From the human T2T-CHM13v2.0 reference genome, Homo sapiens, in assembly GCF_009914755.1 (NCBI RefSeq), contig NC_060940.1: a stretch of 64,000 nt of DNA, one strand, 5' to 3'. Position numbers and translations under genes: made by a program. Positions 1 to 25,099 of the stretch are shown here, piece by piece; positions within the stretch are counted from its first letter, which is position 1, and the number at the start of each line of letters is the position of its first letter. The notes beneath the pieces were generated by a model. It saw only the letters and a list, made by a program, of their open reading frames with translations, made no database searches and had not been told where the DNA came from.

Positions 1-153
1 AACCAAGACCATGCCATTGCAATCCAGTCTGGGCAACAAGAGTGAAACTCCATCTCAAAAATAAATAAACAAATAATGAAACAAATTTTCACTCTTCTAG
101 AATTAGTACTAAAAACTAAAATTGGAAAAAGGCAGTACAAATTTTCCAAATAA

Positions 154-770
<617 letters not shown>

Positions 771-1464
771 TTGGTGGGATTATGGGTGAAACAGTCTATG
801 CATTTTCCAAATACCATGGAGTGAGCACACAGTACTCTTGTAATCAGAGCAACAACAAAATGTCATTGACATTATTTTAGGGGAGGGGGAGACTCCTTTC
901 CAGTGGCTCAGTTTTTCCCTCTTGGGCCTCCCTGTCTCTTCCCTCTCTCTGCCCCTTCCCCCTCCACCTCTTACTTTCCCCTCTCCTCCTCCACCCCAGA
1001 CCCCTCCCCTCTGCCCACCAGATTGCATTCCTCACTTCTTTTCCCAAAGAACTATAATTAAGCTCTTACTCTGTAATTGCCAATTCATGGTTCTCCATCT
1101 GAAATCACTCTCCTGCCTGGCCTGTTTTCCTTCTTCTCCACCTGGGGAAGCAGAGGCGGGAATCAGCAGAGCCCAGGATGCACCTCGTATGTAAGAATGC
1201 TATGATCTCTATTTGCTGTATATTCGCTCTGTGTGAGCCAGGCAGTGTGCTCAGCCCCTTCCACACCCTACTTCCTCTGATCACAACAACCCTGGGTGGA
1301 AACTGAAGCTCAAGAGATACAGTAACTCACCCACAGGTCTCACAGGTAGTTGGTGGAGCTGGGATTTGAATCCAGCTGGATCTGGCCTCAAAGTTGGGAG
1401 ATGATACTCCTGCTTCTGCAACTGACAAGTCTATTCTAAACTCCCTAAGCCCAGGCACCCATGC

Positions 1465-1983
1465 TCTGGTAGTAGTTTGATATCAAAACTGGCCACCCTT
1501 ACCCCTCACTGTATCTTCATCCTTTGTAATAAGACTTTGCAGCCTCTCCTATCTAAATGGTGTCATCTGTTTCTCCAACCCTAGAATATGGGTTGGCCTT
1601 GCTTTGGCCAACATAATGCAGCAAAAATGATGGTGTCCACACTTGGGCCTTGCACACGTCTGCTCTTCTCTTGGGAGACTGCCTCTGCTGTGAAAACAAG
1701 CCCAGGCTAGATGGCGGGAGCATCGTGGCCCAGTCATCCCTGTTGCCCAGGTAACAGGCAGCCAACAGCCAGACATATGAGTGAGGCCACCCCAGACCTG
1801 CCAGCCACCAACTGACCTGGGACCTGGCAGCTGACTGTTGATTCATGTGTGAGCCCCGTGGAGGTGGGCCAAGCCTGCTGAAATCAGTAGAACAACCCAG
1901 CTGACCCACAGACTCTTGAGCAATAGTTTTAAGCCACTGGGTTTTGGGGGCGGTTTATTATAGAGTAATAGCTAACAAATCCA
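1465..1983 (+). mobile_element. MaLR solo LTR (MLT1-type)
   Basis: MLT1-like 3' end ttttaagccactgggttttggggg...taatagctaac and internal aacccagctgacccacaga. Confidence 0.7.
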
Positions 1984-2481
1984 GCCCCTTATAGAGACTA
2001 GGTAAAATGCTGTTGAGAAGATCTCTGGTGGGAAGGAAAGAACCAACTTAGCAAACATCTATTTAATGCTTACCATGCACTAAGCATTTTAATTTAATCC
2101 TCACAACCTTATGAGGTAGGGACTTCTATTGTCCCCATCCTACAGATGAGGATACCGAGGTAGAGTGATAATTTGCTTTGGATCTCACAGCTAGTTAGTA
2201 AATGGCAGCTGCTTAAGAAGTTAAGATGTGGGAAGCAGAGTCCAGAAAGATGCCCTGTGAACCTACTGGGGGCAAAATATAGGCATTCAGAAACTGAATG
2301 ATAAGGCCGGGCATGGTGGCTCATGCCTGTAATCCCAGCACTTTGGGAGGCTGAGGCAGGTGGATCACCTGAGGGCAGGAGTTCGAGACCAGCCTGGCTA
2401 ACATGATGAAACCCTGTCTCTACTAAAAATACAAAAAATCAGCCGGGCGTGGTGGCGGGCGCCTTTAGTCCCAGCTACTCA

Positions 2482-2652
<171 letters not shown>

Positions 2653-2922
2653 TCAGAGGGGAGGGTGGCACTTTGGGAATATGGGTTCTTTTTTTTTTTA
2701 AGAAATAGTCTTGCTATGTTGCCAGACCTATGTTGCCAGGCTGGTCTCGAACTCCTGGGCCCAAGCAATCCTCCTGCCTTGGCCTTCCAAAGTGCTGGGA
2801 TTACAGGTGTGAGCCACTGCACCTGGCTGAGAATATGGGTCCTTTAAAGGGACGGAATTGTAACAATAATAATTCAATCTACGACGCTTGCAAATTTCAT
2901 CTTATTTATATTTATTTAAATA

Positions 2923-3265
2923 ATATGTTAAATATTTGTTAAATATTTAGATAAATATTTGTTAAATATTTAGATAAATATTTGTTAAATATTTAGATAA
3001 ATATTTGTTAAATATTTAGATAAATATTTGTTAAATATTTAGATAAATATTTGTTAAATATTTAGATAAATATTTGTTAAATATTTAGATAAATATTTGT
3101 TAAATATTTAGATAAATATTTGTTAAATATTTAGATAAATATTTGTTAAATAAATAGATAAATATTTGTTAAATATTTAGATAAATATTTAAATATTTAG
3201 ATAAATATTTGTTAAATATTTAGATAAATATTTGTTAAATATTTAGATAAATATTTGTTAAATAT
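2923..3265. repeat. AT-rich minisatellite/VNTR, 23-bp unit ATATTTGTTAAATATTTAGATAA, about 14-15 copies
   Basis: Near-perfect tandem copies read directly; variant units near 3150 and 3190. Confidence 0.95.
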
Positions 3266-3949
3266 GTATTAGGGGCCTACCATGCCCAGGCATTCTGCCA
3301 GACACTGGAGATATATTCATGGAGTATTCAGTCTTGTGGAGGATATAAGTAGCAAACAGGAGGCTGGGTGCAGTGGCTCATGCGTCTAATGCCAGCGCTT
3401 TGGGAGTCCATGACAAGAGGATCATTTAAAGCCAGGAGTTTGAGACCAGCCTAGGCAACACAGTGATAGCCTGTCTCTACAAAAGATTAAGGCTGGGTAC
3501 AGTGGTGTGCGCCTGTAGTCCCAGCTACTCAGGAGGCTGAGACCGGTAGATGGCTTGAGCCAGGAGTTTGAGATCAGCCTGGGCAAAATGGCAAAACCCG
3601 TCTCTACAAAAACATACAAAAATTAGCCGCATGTGGTGGGGCACACCTGTGGTCCCAGCTACTCAGCAGGCTGAGGTAGGAGGATCATTTGAGCCCAGGA
3701 GGTTGAGGCTGCCATTAGCTGTGACCACACCACTGCACTCTAGCCTGGGTGAAAGAGCAAGGCTCTGTCTCAAAATAAAATAAAATAAAACAAAATAGGA
3801 AAACAAAGAAGTAAGTACAGATTGTGGTATTTGCTGGGAAGAAGATACAGAGTTGAGATCAAGAGTAATGGAGGGTGGGATGAGATTGAATGGGAAGGAG
3901 ATTTTTTGAAATTGATACCTGAAGGGTGAAGAGCTGCCCAGGAGAACCA

Positions 3950-4590
<641 letters not shown>

Positions 4591-4688
4591 CTGCAGAATA
4601 AGAATGGACCAGGCAGAGAGAACAGCAAGCGCAGAGACCCTGAGGGTGAAAGAATTGAGACCAATTGAGGAACAAAATAGAGGGAATG

Positions 4689-7750
<3,062 letters not shown>

Positions 7751-9769
7751 AGAAGCTGTGGCAGAAATGAAGCAAGAACGTAGGGTTAGATCATGAAAGA
7801 AAGGACTAGAAAGGAAAGTATCAACTTGGGCCACATATCTATTTTGTTGTTGTTGGGTTTTCTTTTTCTTTTCTCAAATATCTGTGTTTTATACATGGGC
7901 TGTGACCTCACTTTTATAAAACCATGTATTATTAGTATTGTGTGTGTTTTAAAATATAATCTATGTGGTCTTGTAAGTCACAAGGCTTGACACTAGTTAG
8001 CTGAAGAGGCTTCTGGGGAAGTGTTGGGGTATATGTGTGCATGTTTTGTTTTTAATAAAACCATGTGGTTTTTTAAATATTTATTTATTTATTTATTTAT
8101 TTATTTTGAGACAGAGTCTCACTCTGTCCCCCAAGCTGGAGTGCAGTGGCAGGATCTTGGCTCACTGCAACTTCTGCCTCCCGGATTCAAGCGATTCTCC
8201 TGCCTCAGCCTCCTGAATAGCTAGGATTACAGATGCATGCCACCATGCCCAGCTAATTTTTGTATTTTTAGTAGAGACAGGGTTTCACCATGTTGGTCAG
8301 GCTGGTCTCGAAATCCTGACCTTGTGATCTGCCCACCTCAGCCTCCCAAAGTGCTGGGATTACAGGCATGAGCCACCGTGCCCAGCCTCCATGTATTATT
8401 TTTAATCCTCACAAAAACCTTGTGAGGTAGGATATTGTTAGCTCTCCCTTACAGGTGAAGAAACCGAGGCTGAGAGAGAATTGGAAGCACTTGCTCAGGG
8501 TCATAGCCGGTACTTTACGACTCCAGCATGTCTTCCCCAGGTACCCTGAAGGAATAATTCAGTGGGCATCATGATTAATTGGATTGGGACAGGAGGAGGA
8601 GAAGAGGAGAGGATCAAAAATGACCAGAACACTTCCAGCTTGACCAAGTGGAAAATAATCAGCAGGTCAGGAGGGAGTGCTGGGTTGATGGGGGAATGTT
8701 TAAGCCAAAGGAGTGAATACCTAATGGCAAAATTTGGTGCATCAGATTGGGGTTTATGGGAAAGCCCATAAGTGCTCTCCTTGTTGGCTGGCCTTGCCAC
8801 TGACACCTGAAGCCTGCTAGCAACTGAACAATTTCAAGAGAAAAAAAAAAATCAACCCCATACTTTCTGGCGAATGGTGTGTTCCTTTGAGTACTTGGGT
8901 CTTTTTCTACATCAGCAGCTTGGCAGCTTGTACTATCTGTGGCTCTGACTATGCAGCCTGATTGATTGACCAGGCTTAAAAGGCCTGTTCTTGAATTTGA
9001 GATCTCAGGCTTCCAGTCCCTATAGATCATCAACAAAGACCAAAAGGCCTGGCATGAACCCGAGGTTATTATTCACTGGAGAAGACATTATAAACCACAG
9101 GAACATAAAGCCCAGCAGGCAGGAATGACCGCCCAGCTCACTAGGCACACAGTGTCCTCACTCCTCCATCCAGCATGATTCATAATTAAATCTTCAGGCA
9201 GGAGGCAAACTAGAATTTTGTGTAAACTGGCATTGGAGAGACACTTTGAGTGTAGTTTAATTTCAAAGTTCTAGACCTCCAGAATTTGACATGCTTGTGA
9301 CATTTCAAGTACAGGCTGTCCCTCCCTACCCCTCACTGGGACTATATCCTGGGGAGAAATGACCCAAAGGGAAAAAAATTGTGGGATCACTAGCTAAACT
9401 CTAGGTTTAGAAAACTGTACCATTATACAGACTCCATGTATGTTACATATATCATGGTGGAAACTAAAAGACCATCTGTGGACAAAAGACATACAGAATT
9501 CATACATAAAAAAGACATTTAAATGGCATTTATTCATATTACAGGGTCACCATGCTGCACAACTCCAGGGGGCAGCACTCCCATTGGATTCTATTCACAG
9601 AGATATATTTTTTGATGATTTGTAAGATAAGATACTCAACCTCTCATAATAAGAGAAATGTTAATTAAAACAATAAGGTACTGTTTTCCATGTTTTGGAT
9701 TAGCAAATCAAAGAGTTGACAGGATCCCATGTTGGTGGTAGTGTAATTTGGTACCCCTTTTATGGAGGG

Positions 9770-10285
9770 TGTAGAGAGTACTGTGGACTGGCTCTCTCAA
9801 TCTGACTCATTCCACCCTCTTCTAGGTGGAGACATTGGAAAGCTAAACCTACACGTCCCAGACTCCCTTGCAGCTAGAGTTTTGGATAGAAATTAGGTCC
9901 TACTAGTTAGAAGAATTAATGAGACACGGGGTAGGTGATGGAAAGACAAAGGCCATTTTCTCTGTACTTTTGGCTATCTCTGCTGTCAAGGAGGGTTGTG
10001 GAGACCTGAGATTTTTCTGCAGCATATTCAGAGTCCATTATCTGGCATCCTAGGTGTCAGTAGTGACATTTTGATCCTAACTTCTGGCTGCAGTTCCAGT
10101 AGTGATCGCAGAGGAGTGGCTTCCCCAGAAAGTTACCTGTGTATTGACCTCTTGGAGGCCCAGGCCAAAGCCCCTCCTACAGTCATTTCAGCAATTTTGT
10201 GAACACCTAATTTCCTCCATTAAATCTCCTGCTTGAACTACCTAAAGTGGTTTCCGGTTCTTGCACAAAACCCCAGTTGCTATAG
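9770..10285 (+). mobile_element. ERVL solo LTR (LTR33/LTR16-like)
   Basis: cccagactcccttgcagctag and 3' attaaatctcctgcttgaactacctaaagtggtttc resemble the LTR33 family. Confidence 0.55.
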
Positions 10286-10918
10286 AGCATAACTTAAATA
10301 AATCTATAAAAGTTGAAAGTGCAAATATGAGGCCAGGCATGGTGGCTGACGCTGTAATCCCAGCACTTTGAGAGGCTGAGGAGGGAGGATCCCTGGAGCC
10401 CAGGAGTTCAAGACCAACCTGAGTAACATAGTGAGACCCCGTCCTACAAAATATCAAAAAAATTAGCTGGGCATGGTGATGCATGCCTGTAGTCCCAGCT
10501 ACTCAGGTGGTTGAGGCAGGAGAATTGCTTGAGCCCAGAAGGTCAAGGCTGCAATGAGCCGTGGCTGTGCCACTGCACTCCAGCCTGGGTGACAGAGTGA
10601 GACTGTGTCTCAAAAAACAAACAAACAAATGCAAAGAAAATGCAAATAAAATATGCCTCTTAGCTAGTACTTCTACTCCTAGGAATGTATCTAACAGATA
10701 TGTTTTTACATGTGTGAAATAATTTATGCACAAGGATATTCACTGCACCATTGTTTACAGTAGTAGAAGATCAGAAATGAGCCAAATGTTCATCAGTAGG
10801 AGATCAGCTAAATAAATCAGGGAGATCCATTTCAGTGGAATACTATGCAGCAGTTTAAAAAAAAAAGGAAGAAAAATAATCAGAGAGCTTGCTATATACT
10901 CATAGAGAACAACCTCTA

Positions 10919-11475
<557 letters not shown>

Positions 11476-12049
11476 TGAACTCCTGGGCTCAAGCCATCTG
11501 CCTGACTCAGCCTCCCTAAGCGCTGGGATTACAGGTGTGAGCCACCACACCTGGCCAATAAAATTTTATTAAAATAAAATAAAATAACCTGCATTTCCCC
11601 ACAATTTAGAGAATCTCAGAGAGTCCTTTCCTTTCCATTTCCTCTCTCTCTTGTTGTCTCCCCCATGAGAATCAGCTAAGGGACTTAGGCAGGGTTGTGG
11701 CTCAAGCTGATCTCTTGTGACAAAAGTTCTTTCTCCTGAAGCCTCTGTGACATGATAGGAAGAGGTCCCAGCAAATCCCACAGAACTGGTCAGTGAGAGA
11801 GCCCCCAATCCTGGCCTCTCTTTTCTACTCAGCTCGTTGCTTCAATAATCCCTGCCCCTTTCTCCTGCATCGTTGATCTTCTTCGCCCTTTGGATCTTCC
11901 CATCAGCCTTCAGTCATCCTTAAATTATCAACGTTAAAAAAAAACAAATACCCCCGGTTGGGCACGGTGGCTCATGCCCATAATCCCAGCACTTTGGGAG
12001 GCTGAGGCTGGCGGATCACGAGGTCAGGAGATAGAGGCCATCCTGGCTA

Positions 12050-12308
<259 letters not shown>

Positions 12309-13019
12309 TCAGGCCCGAAGGCAGAATCTTGTCTGTCCAGATGACTCTGAGCAACGCTGAGGGTTTATCAGACAGGGAGGTGCTGAGAGCCAGAAACTGT
12401 TCCCCAGGGCAGGATGGCCAGGGAGGGTGGAGAGCGGAGCTCCACCTCAGCATCACCTGGGGACATCGGAGCACAGCTTCCTGCCTTCTCCTTACTTAGC
12501 TGGTGTTTGTGCCTCCTGGGAGAGGCACCAGTGAGGCTGCTCCTGGTCTCTCCAGCCACATCTGGTTCTGAGAGGTCTCAGCCTACTGCCTGGGCTGCTA
12601 TGTTGTGCCACAGGCCCCCATCCCCCCGGACCATGGTTGACTGACCTAAGAGTGGACAGTAGACCCAGAAAGACACCGATTCTTCGGCTGGGCTGAGGCA
12701 GTCAGGCTCTTTGTCCTGGAAATGTGGGACAGAGATGAAAGCAGTTAGAAGAAAGTTGAAAGGCAAGGTTGTATTGTGTTGGGGCTGTGGAGGGGCTGTG
12801 GAGGCCATGTCAGGTCAGGTGAGGAGGAAGAAGATGGCTTCGAGAGAAAGGGAAGGGCAGGGAGAGGCAGAAATGAGAAAGCCTGGTGGCCCAGAGAGCA
12901 CAACCTTGGTTCTTGACTTTCTGGATCCAGTTCCTGATAGCCAGCCTTATCATTCCTCTTCTATCGCTGGATGCCCTGGAGTAAATCCCTCTTCATGTGA
13001 GCTGACTGTAGGGCCCAGG

Positions 13020-14074
<1,055 letters not shown>

Positions 14075-14497
14075 TGATCTGTCCGCCTCGGCCTCCCAAA
14101 GTGCTGGGATTATAGGCGTGAGCCACGGTGCCCAGCCTCTTTCCACAGCTCTGCATGCGATGTTTGTTTGTTTGTTGTTGTTGTTGTTGTTGTTTGTCAT
14201 TTGACAAGGTCTCACTCTGTCACCCAGGCTAGGGTGCAGTGGCACAACCATGGTTCACTGCAACTTCGACCTCCCAGGCTCAAGTGATCCTCCCACCTCA
14301 GACTTCCAAAGTGCTGGGAATGCAGCCGTGAGCCACTGAAGCAGATCCCCTGTGCCCCTTTTTAAAGATCAACCCAGGTCAGGCGCGGTGGCTCACGCCT
14401 GTAATCCCAGCACTTTGGGAGGCCGAGGCGGGCAGATCACTTGAGGTCAGGAGTTCGAGATCAGCCTGACCAACATGGAGAAACCCCGTCTCTACTA

Positions 14498-14701
<204 letters not shown>

Positions 14702-14822
14702 TCAATCCATCACTTAGCAGTAGATCTTAGCCCCTTTTTTCCACTCAGCCAATTGCTTCAAAAATCCCTCCCTCTTTCTCCCGTATCCTCAGTCTCCTCC
14801 ACCCATTGCATTTTTCCCATCA

Positions 14823-15011
<189 letters not shown>

Positions 15012-15014
15012 TTA

Positions 15015-15440
<426 letters not shown>

Positions 15441-15570
15441 TAAAAGTGTGGTCTCACCTACTGGGGAGGCTGAGGTGGGAGAATCATTTGAGCCCAGGAG
15501 GTCAAAGCTGCAGTGAGCCATGATCACACAACTGCACTCCAGCCTGAGCAACAGAGCAAGACCGTGTCTC

Positions 15571-15601
<31 letters not shown>

Positions 15602-16085
15602 AAGAGAAAAAGAAAAAAGAAAAACAAAAGAAAATGAAAAAGAAAATAAACCTGTCTTAGGGAGGGATAGATGGACATACACGTGATAAAGCAAGTCTAG
15701 TAAAATGTTGGTTGCAGAATCCAGAGAGTGGGTCTGTATATGTTCACTGTAAAATTCTTTCAACTTTTTGGTATGTTTGAAAACTTTCACAATAAAATGT
15801 TGGGAAAAAGTTCCTAGCTTGACCTCACATCTTCCTCCTGCTCTTACCTAATTACTCTGCTCCCTCTCTTTCCAGAAAATCTCCTGAAAAGCTTGTCTGA
15901 GCTCGTGCCTCCAATTCCTCTCCTCCTCCTGTTTCTTCTCACTACAATTACAATTCAGCTTTCGCCCCAACAGTCCACCAAAATGTCTCAAAGCTCACCA
16001 GTGATTTCCACTTGAGGAGATCCAATGGCCATTGAGGAGTCCTACTCTTGCTTAACCTATCAGCTGCAGAATTTGACTCAGCTGA

Positions 16086-16352
<267 letters not shown>

Positions 16353-16584
16353 TGATCCGCCCGCCTCGGCCCCCCAAAGTGCTAGGATTACAGGTGTGAG
16401 CCACTGTGCCCGGCCTCATGGATTTAATTACTATAAGATTATTCCTGAATTTATATCTGTAGCCAAGTTCTCTCTCCTTTATTCTAAATTTATATATCCG
16501 ATTGCCTACTCAACATCCCCACATGGACTTTTGAGAGGCATTTCAAACTTAGCATGTCCACAAACTGACCTGGATTTGTCCTGA

Positions 16585-16875
16585 GGCCTAAACTGTGATT
16601 TCTTTTTTTATCTTGTCCAAATTCCTATCTAAGGGGTCTGGGGAGTCATGCCCTACAAATAATAAATTCTCATCAGATGGGTTTTCTTTAATCCTATATA
16701 TCGTGACTAACTTTCCAACCTGACTCTGTTGTAACATTAGGAGACAAGGAAGAAAATAAAAATATTTTACACCAAAACATATTTCTTTGCCATATTTTAA
16801 AATGGCCCGACAAAGCTATTCTTTACAGGGGAAAATCTGCATTTGTAAAGAATATCTATTAACATAGCTAGATCT
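16585..16875. mobile_element. ERV1 MER4-group LTR fragment
   Basis: aaattcctatctaaggggtctggggagtcatgccctacaaa...aacatagctagatct is characteristic of MER4 LTRs. Confidence 0.75.
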
Positions 16876-16995
16876 GCCGGGCGTGGTGGCTCACGCCTGT
16901 AATCCCAGCACTTTGGGAGGCTGAGGTGGGGGGATCACCTGAGGTCAGGAGTTCAAGACCAGCCTGGCTAATATGGTGAAACCCCATCTCTACTA

Positions 16996-17151
<156 letters not shown>

Positions 17152-17167
17152 TCAAACAAAACAAAAC

Positions 17168-17198
<31 letters not shown>

Positions 17199-17300
17199 CT
17201 TTTACTGGCTGGGCGCCATGGCTCATGCCTGTAATCTCAGCACTTTGGGAGGCCGAGGTGGGCAGATCACAAGGTCAGGAGATCGAGACCATCCTGGCTA

Positions 17301-17612
<312 letters not shown>

Positions 17613-17734
17613 TCACACTCTGATGCTCCCTCTTTCACATATAAGAACCCTTGTGGGCTGGGTGTGGTGCCTCATGCCTATAATCCCAGCACTTTGGGAG
17701 GGTGAGGTGGGAGGATTGCTTGAGCCCAGGAGCA

Positions 17735-17997
17735 GGGGAAGATAGGTATCCCATCTCAAGAAGAGAAAGATGGAGAGAGGCTCTTACCTTCCTTGACTTT
17801 TTTGTTCTATTTGGGCCCCAAATAGATGGGATGATGCCCATCCACATTGGAGAGGGTCAAATTCTGTACTGGGTCTACTGATTCAAATGCTAATCTCCCC
17901 CAGAAACACCCTCACAGACACACCCAGAAGTGTTTTACCAGCTATCTGGTCATTCCTTAGCCCAGTGAAGTTGACACATAAAATTAACCATCACACA
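17735..17997 (-). mobile_element. ERVL LTR fragment (MLT2-like)
   Basis: tcaaatgctaatctcccccagaaacaccctcacagacacacccaga...aagttgacacataaaattaaccatcaca. Confidence 0.75.
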
Positions 17998-19357
<1,360 letters not shown>

Positions 19358-19941
19358 TGAGGTCTCACTATGTTGCCCAGGCTAGCTTCCAACTCCTGGG
19401 TTCAAGCCATCTTCCTGCCCCAACCTCCGGAGTAGCTGGAACAAAAGCATGTGCCACTGTATGCAGCCATTTCTTTTTTATAAGTGAGAATCTTATGAAA
19501 TAAAATTTATCAGAATTCCTGTGTTTAAATCTCTTGCTGGGCAGGCACAGTGGCTCAACGTGCCCCACCAGCAAGAGATTTAAACACAGGAATTCAACAC
19601 AGGAATTCAGCCAGGCACGGTATCATGCCTGGTAATTTTTTTGGTATTTTTTGTAGAGAATGGGTCTCATCATGTTGCCTAGACTGGTTTAGAACTCCTG
19701 GGCTCAAGCAATCCTCCCACCTTGGCCTCCCAAAGTGCTGGAATTACAGGTGTGAGCCACCACTCCTGACCTCTCATTTTTTACTGTAAAAAAAAAATTT
19801 ACTTTGGGAGGCTGAGGCGGGGAGATCACAAGGTCAGGAGTTCAAGACCAGCCTGACCAACATGGTGAAACCCCAACTCTACTAAAAATACAAAAAAATT
19901 AGCCAGGCATGGTGGCACGCACCTGTAATCCCAGCTACTCA

Positions 19942-20530
<589 letters not shown>

Positions 20531-21098
20531 TAGACTGGTCTCGAACTCCTGACCTCAGGTGATTCACCCGCCTCAGCCTCCCAAAGTGCTGAGATTACAG
20601 GCGTGAGCCACCGTGCCCAGCCCTCCTTCTCAATTTCTATTCAGAAATAAAATAAAAATCTTATTGCCTTCCAAGAGGCAAACACTCTAAGAGGTAGTTT
20701 ATGTCCTTTCTGCATGTTCTTTTATTTTTTTTTGGAGACTCTTTTCTTGCTCTGTTGCCCAGGCTAGAGTATAGTGGTACTATCATGACTCACTGCAACC
20801 TCGACCTCCTGGGCTCAAGCCATCCTGCAGCTTCAGCCTCCTGAGTGGCTGAGACAACAGGCACACACCACCACACTCAGCTAATTTTCGTATTTTTTTG
20901 TAGAGGCGATATTTCACCATGTTGCCCAGACTGGTCTCAACTCCTGGGCTCAAGCAATCCGCCCACTTTTGTCTCCCAACGTTCTGAGATTACTGGCATG
21001 AGCCACCTTGCCTCTAGCCCGAACTATGAATTTTTCCTGCAGATACTGAGATGATCATATTTTTCTCTGTTAACCAGGGAATATGGTGCATTACATGA

Positions 21099-21446
<348 letters not shown>

Positions 21447-21942
21447 TGAGCTACCGTGCTCGGCCAATTGCATTTATTTTCTATTGTGAGTTTCTTTTCT
21501 AGCTCCCTGTCTCAGTCCATGCCTTGGAGGGACAATGACATTTCCTGTCTTGGTTCCTTGTCAAAAACTCCAGTTTCTTAGTTGGAATTTTCTAGAAGCT
21601 TCTGGAAACTTGGTTTGCTTATTAGTGATGTGATGGGATTGGTCAAGAGGCGTCAGGAGAGAACCTGGTGCTTTAGGCTGTAGAATCAGGTGAAAGCCAG
21701 GTTGTGAGCAAGTAGCAACATCCAAAGTTACCTACTTTTGTTTTTTAGCAACAGAATTCAAATTCTCTGCCCTTGTCTGGAAAGTTTATTCTGTCTCATA
21801 GATACTTTTTTTGTGAAAAGTGTAACTTTGGCTAGGCGCCGTGGCTCACGCCTGTAATCCCAGCACTTCGGGAAGCGGGCAGATCACGAGGTCAGGAGAT
21901 CGAGCCCGTCCTGGCTAACACAGTGAAACACTGTCTCTACTA

Positions 21943-22158
<216 letters not shown>

Positions 22159-22699
22159 CTAAGGGCCAGACACTGTGCTCAGTTTTTTATATGCCTTACT
22201 ATTAATGATGCCAGTTACTATGTACTGATCTTTTCCCCAGTTCTAGGCACTGTGATCATTGTTCTGCAAATAGCATTTTATTTAATCCCCTATAGGGTAG
22301 ACATTAATCACCCTATAGGGTAGGCATTAGCTCTATTCTATGCATGAGAAAACTGCGACTGAGAGGCTAACTTGCCAGTGGTCACAAGACAGAGCCCAGG
22401 TTCCAAGTCGAATTTGTCTCATTGCGGAGCCTTTGCTATGAACCATCACTATACATGCTCTGGGAAATTGGCTTTGTCAGCCCAAACATGGCATCTAGGA
22501 AATGGCCTGTAAACTCCCATGATCAGTGTTATTAAGAACCGTTAGCTCCGTGTGACCAGTGCATGACCAAGCATTGCCAAGTGCGATTGGCTGGAGTCAT
22601 TTGTGGTCTGATTGATCTCAGTGTCAGCTGTGACACATGTTCACATGGGATGTCTGCAGTAATAACTCCCTTAGGGAAATTGCGTTGCACGCTGCTTTT

Positions 22700-24100
<1,401 letters not shown>

Positions 24101-24841
24101 CTTTTGTTCCCACTTCATTGTCTCCACCTCAGCAATGAGTGAGACCACTCCTACCACATCACTAATGAGCAAACCAAGTTTCTGGAAGCTTCTATAACAT
24201 TCCGGCTAAGAAACTAGAGCTTTTGACAAAGAGCCAAGACCGGAAATAACTTTGCCCCTCCAAGGCATAAACTGAGACAGGGGGCTAGAAAAGGAACTCA
24301 CGGTAGAAAATAATTGCAATTGATTATCCCAGGAATGCAAGGGCATTTCAACTGCAGAAACCCTATTCATGTAATGCACCACATTACCTGGTTAAAGGAG
24401 AAAAATATTATCATGTCAATATCTGCAGGAAAAAGTAGTAGCTTGGAGTGGGTGCAGTGGCTCATGCCAGTAATCCCAGAACTTTGGGAGGCTGAGGTGG
24501 GTAGATTGCTTGAGCCCAGGAGCTCAAGACCAGCCTGTGCGACATGGTGGAATCCCATTTCTACAAAAAATACAAAAATTAGCTGAGTGTGGTGGTGTGC
24601 TCCTGTAGTCACAGCTACTCCAGAGGCTGGGATGGAAGGATGGCTTGAGCCCAGGTCGAGGCTACAGTGAGTCATGATTGCACCACTGTGCTCCAGTCTG
24701 GGTGACATAACAAGACTCTGTTTCAAAAAATAAAAATTAATAGGAGCAGCCGGGCGCGGTGGCTCACGCCTGTAATCCCAGCACTTTGGGAGGCTGAGGC
24801 GGGCGGATCACGAAGTCAGGAGATCGAGAACATCCTGGCTA

Positions 24842-25099
<258 letters not shown>

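Noticed and set aside
2923-3265. CRISPR-like regular repeat
   Set aside because: Units are contiguous with no unique spacers, no cas genes, and the DNA is mammalian; it is a minisatellite
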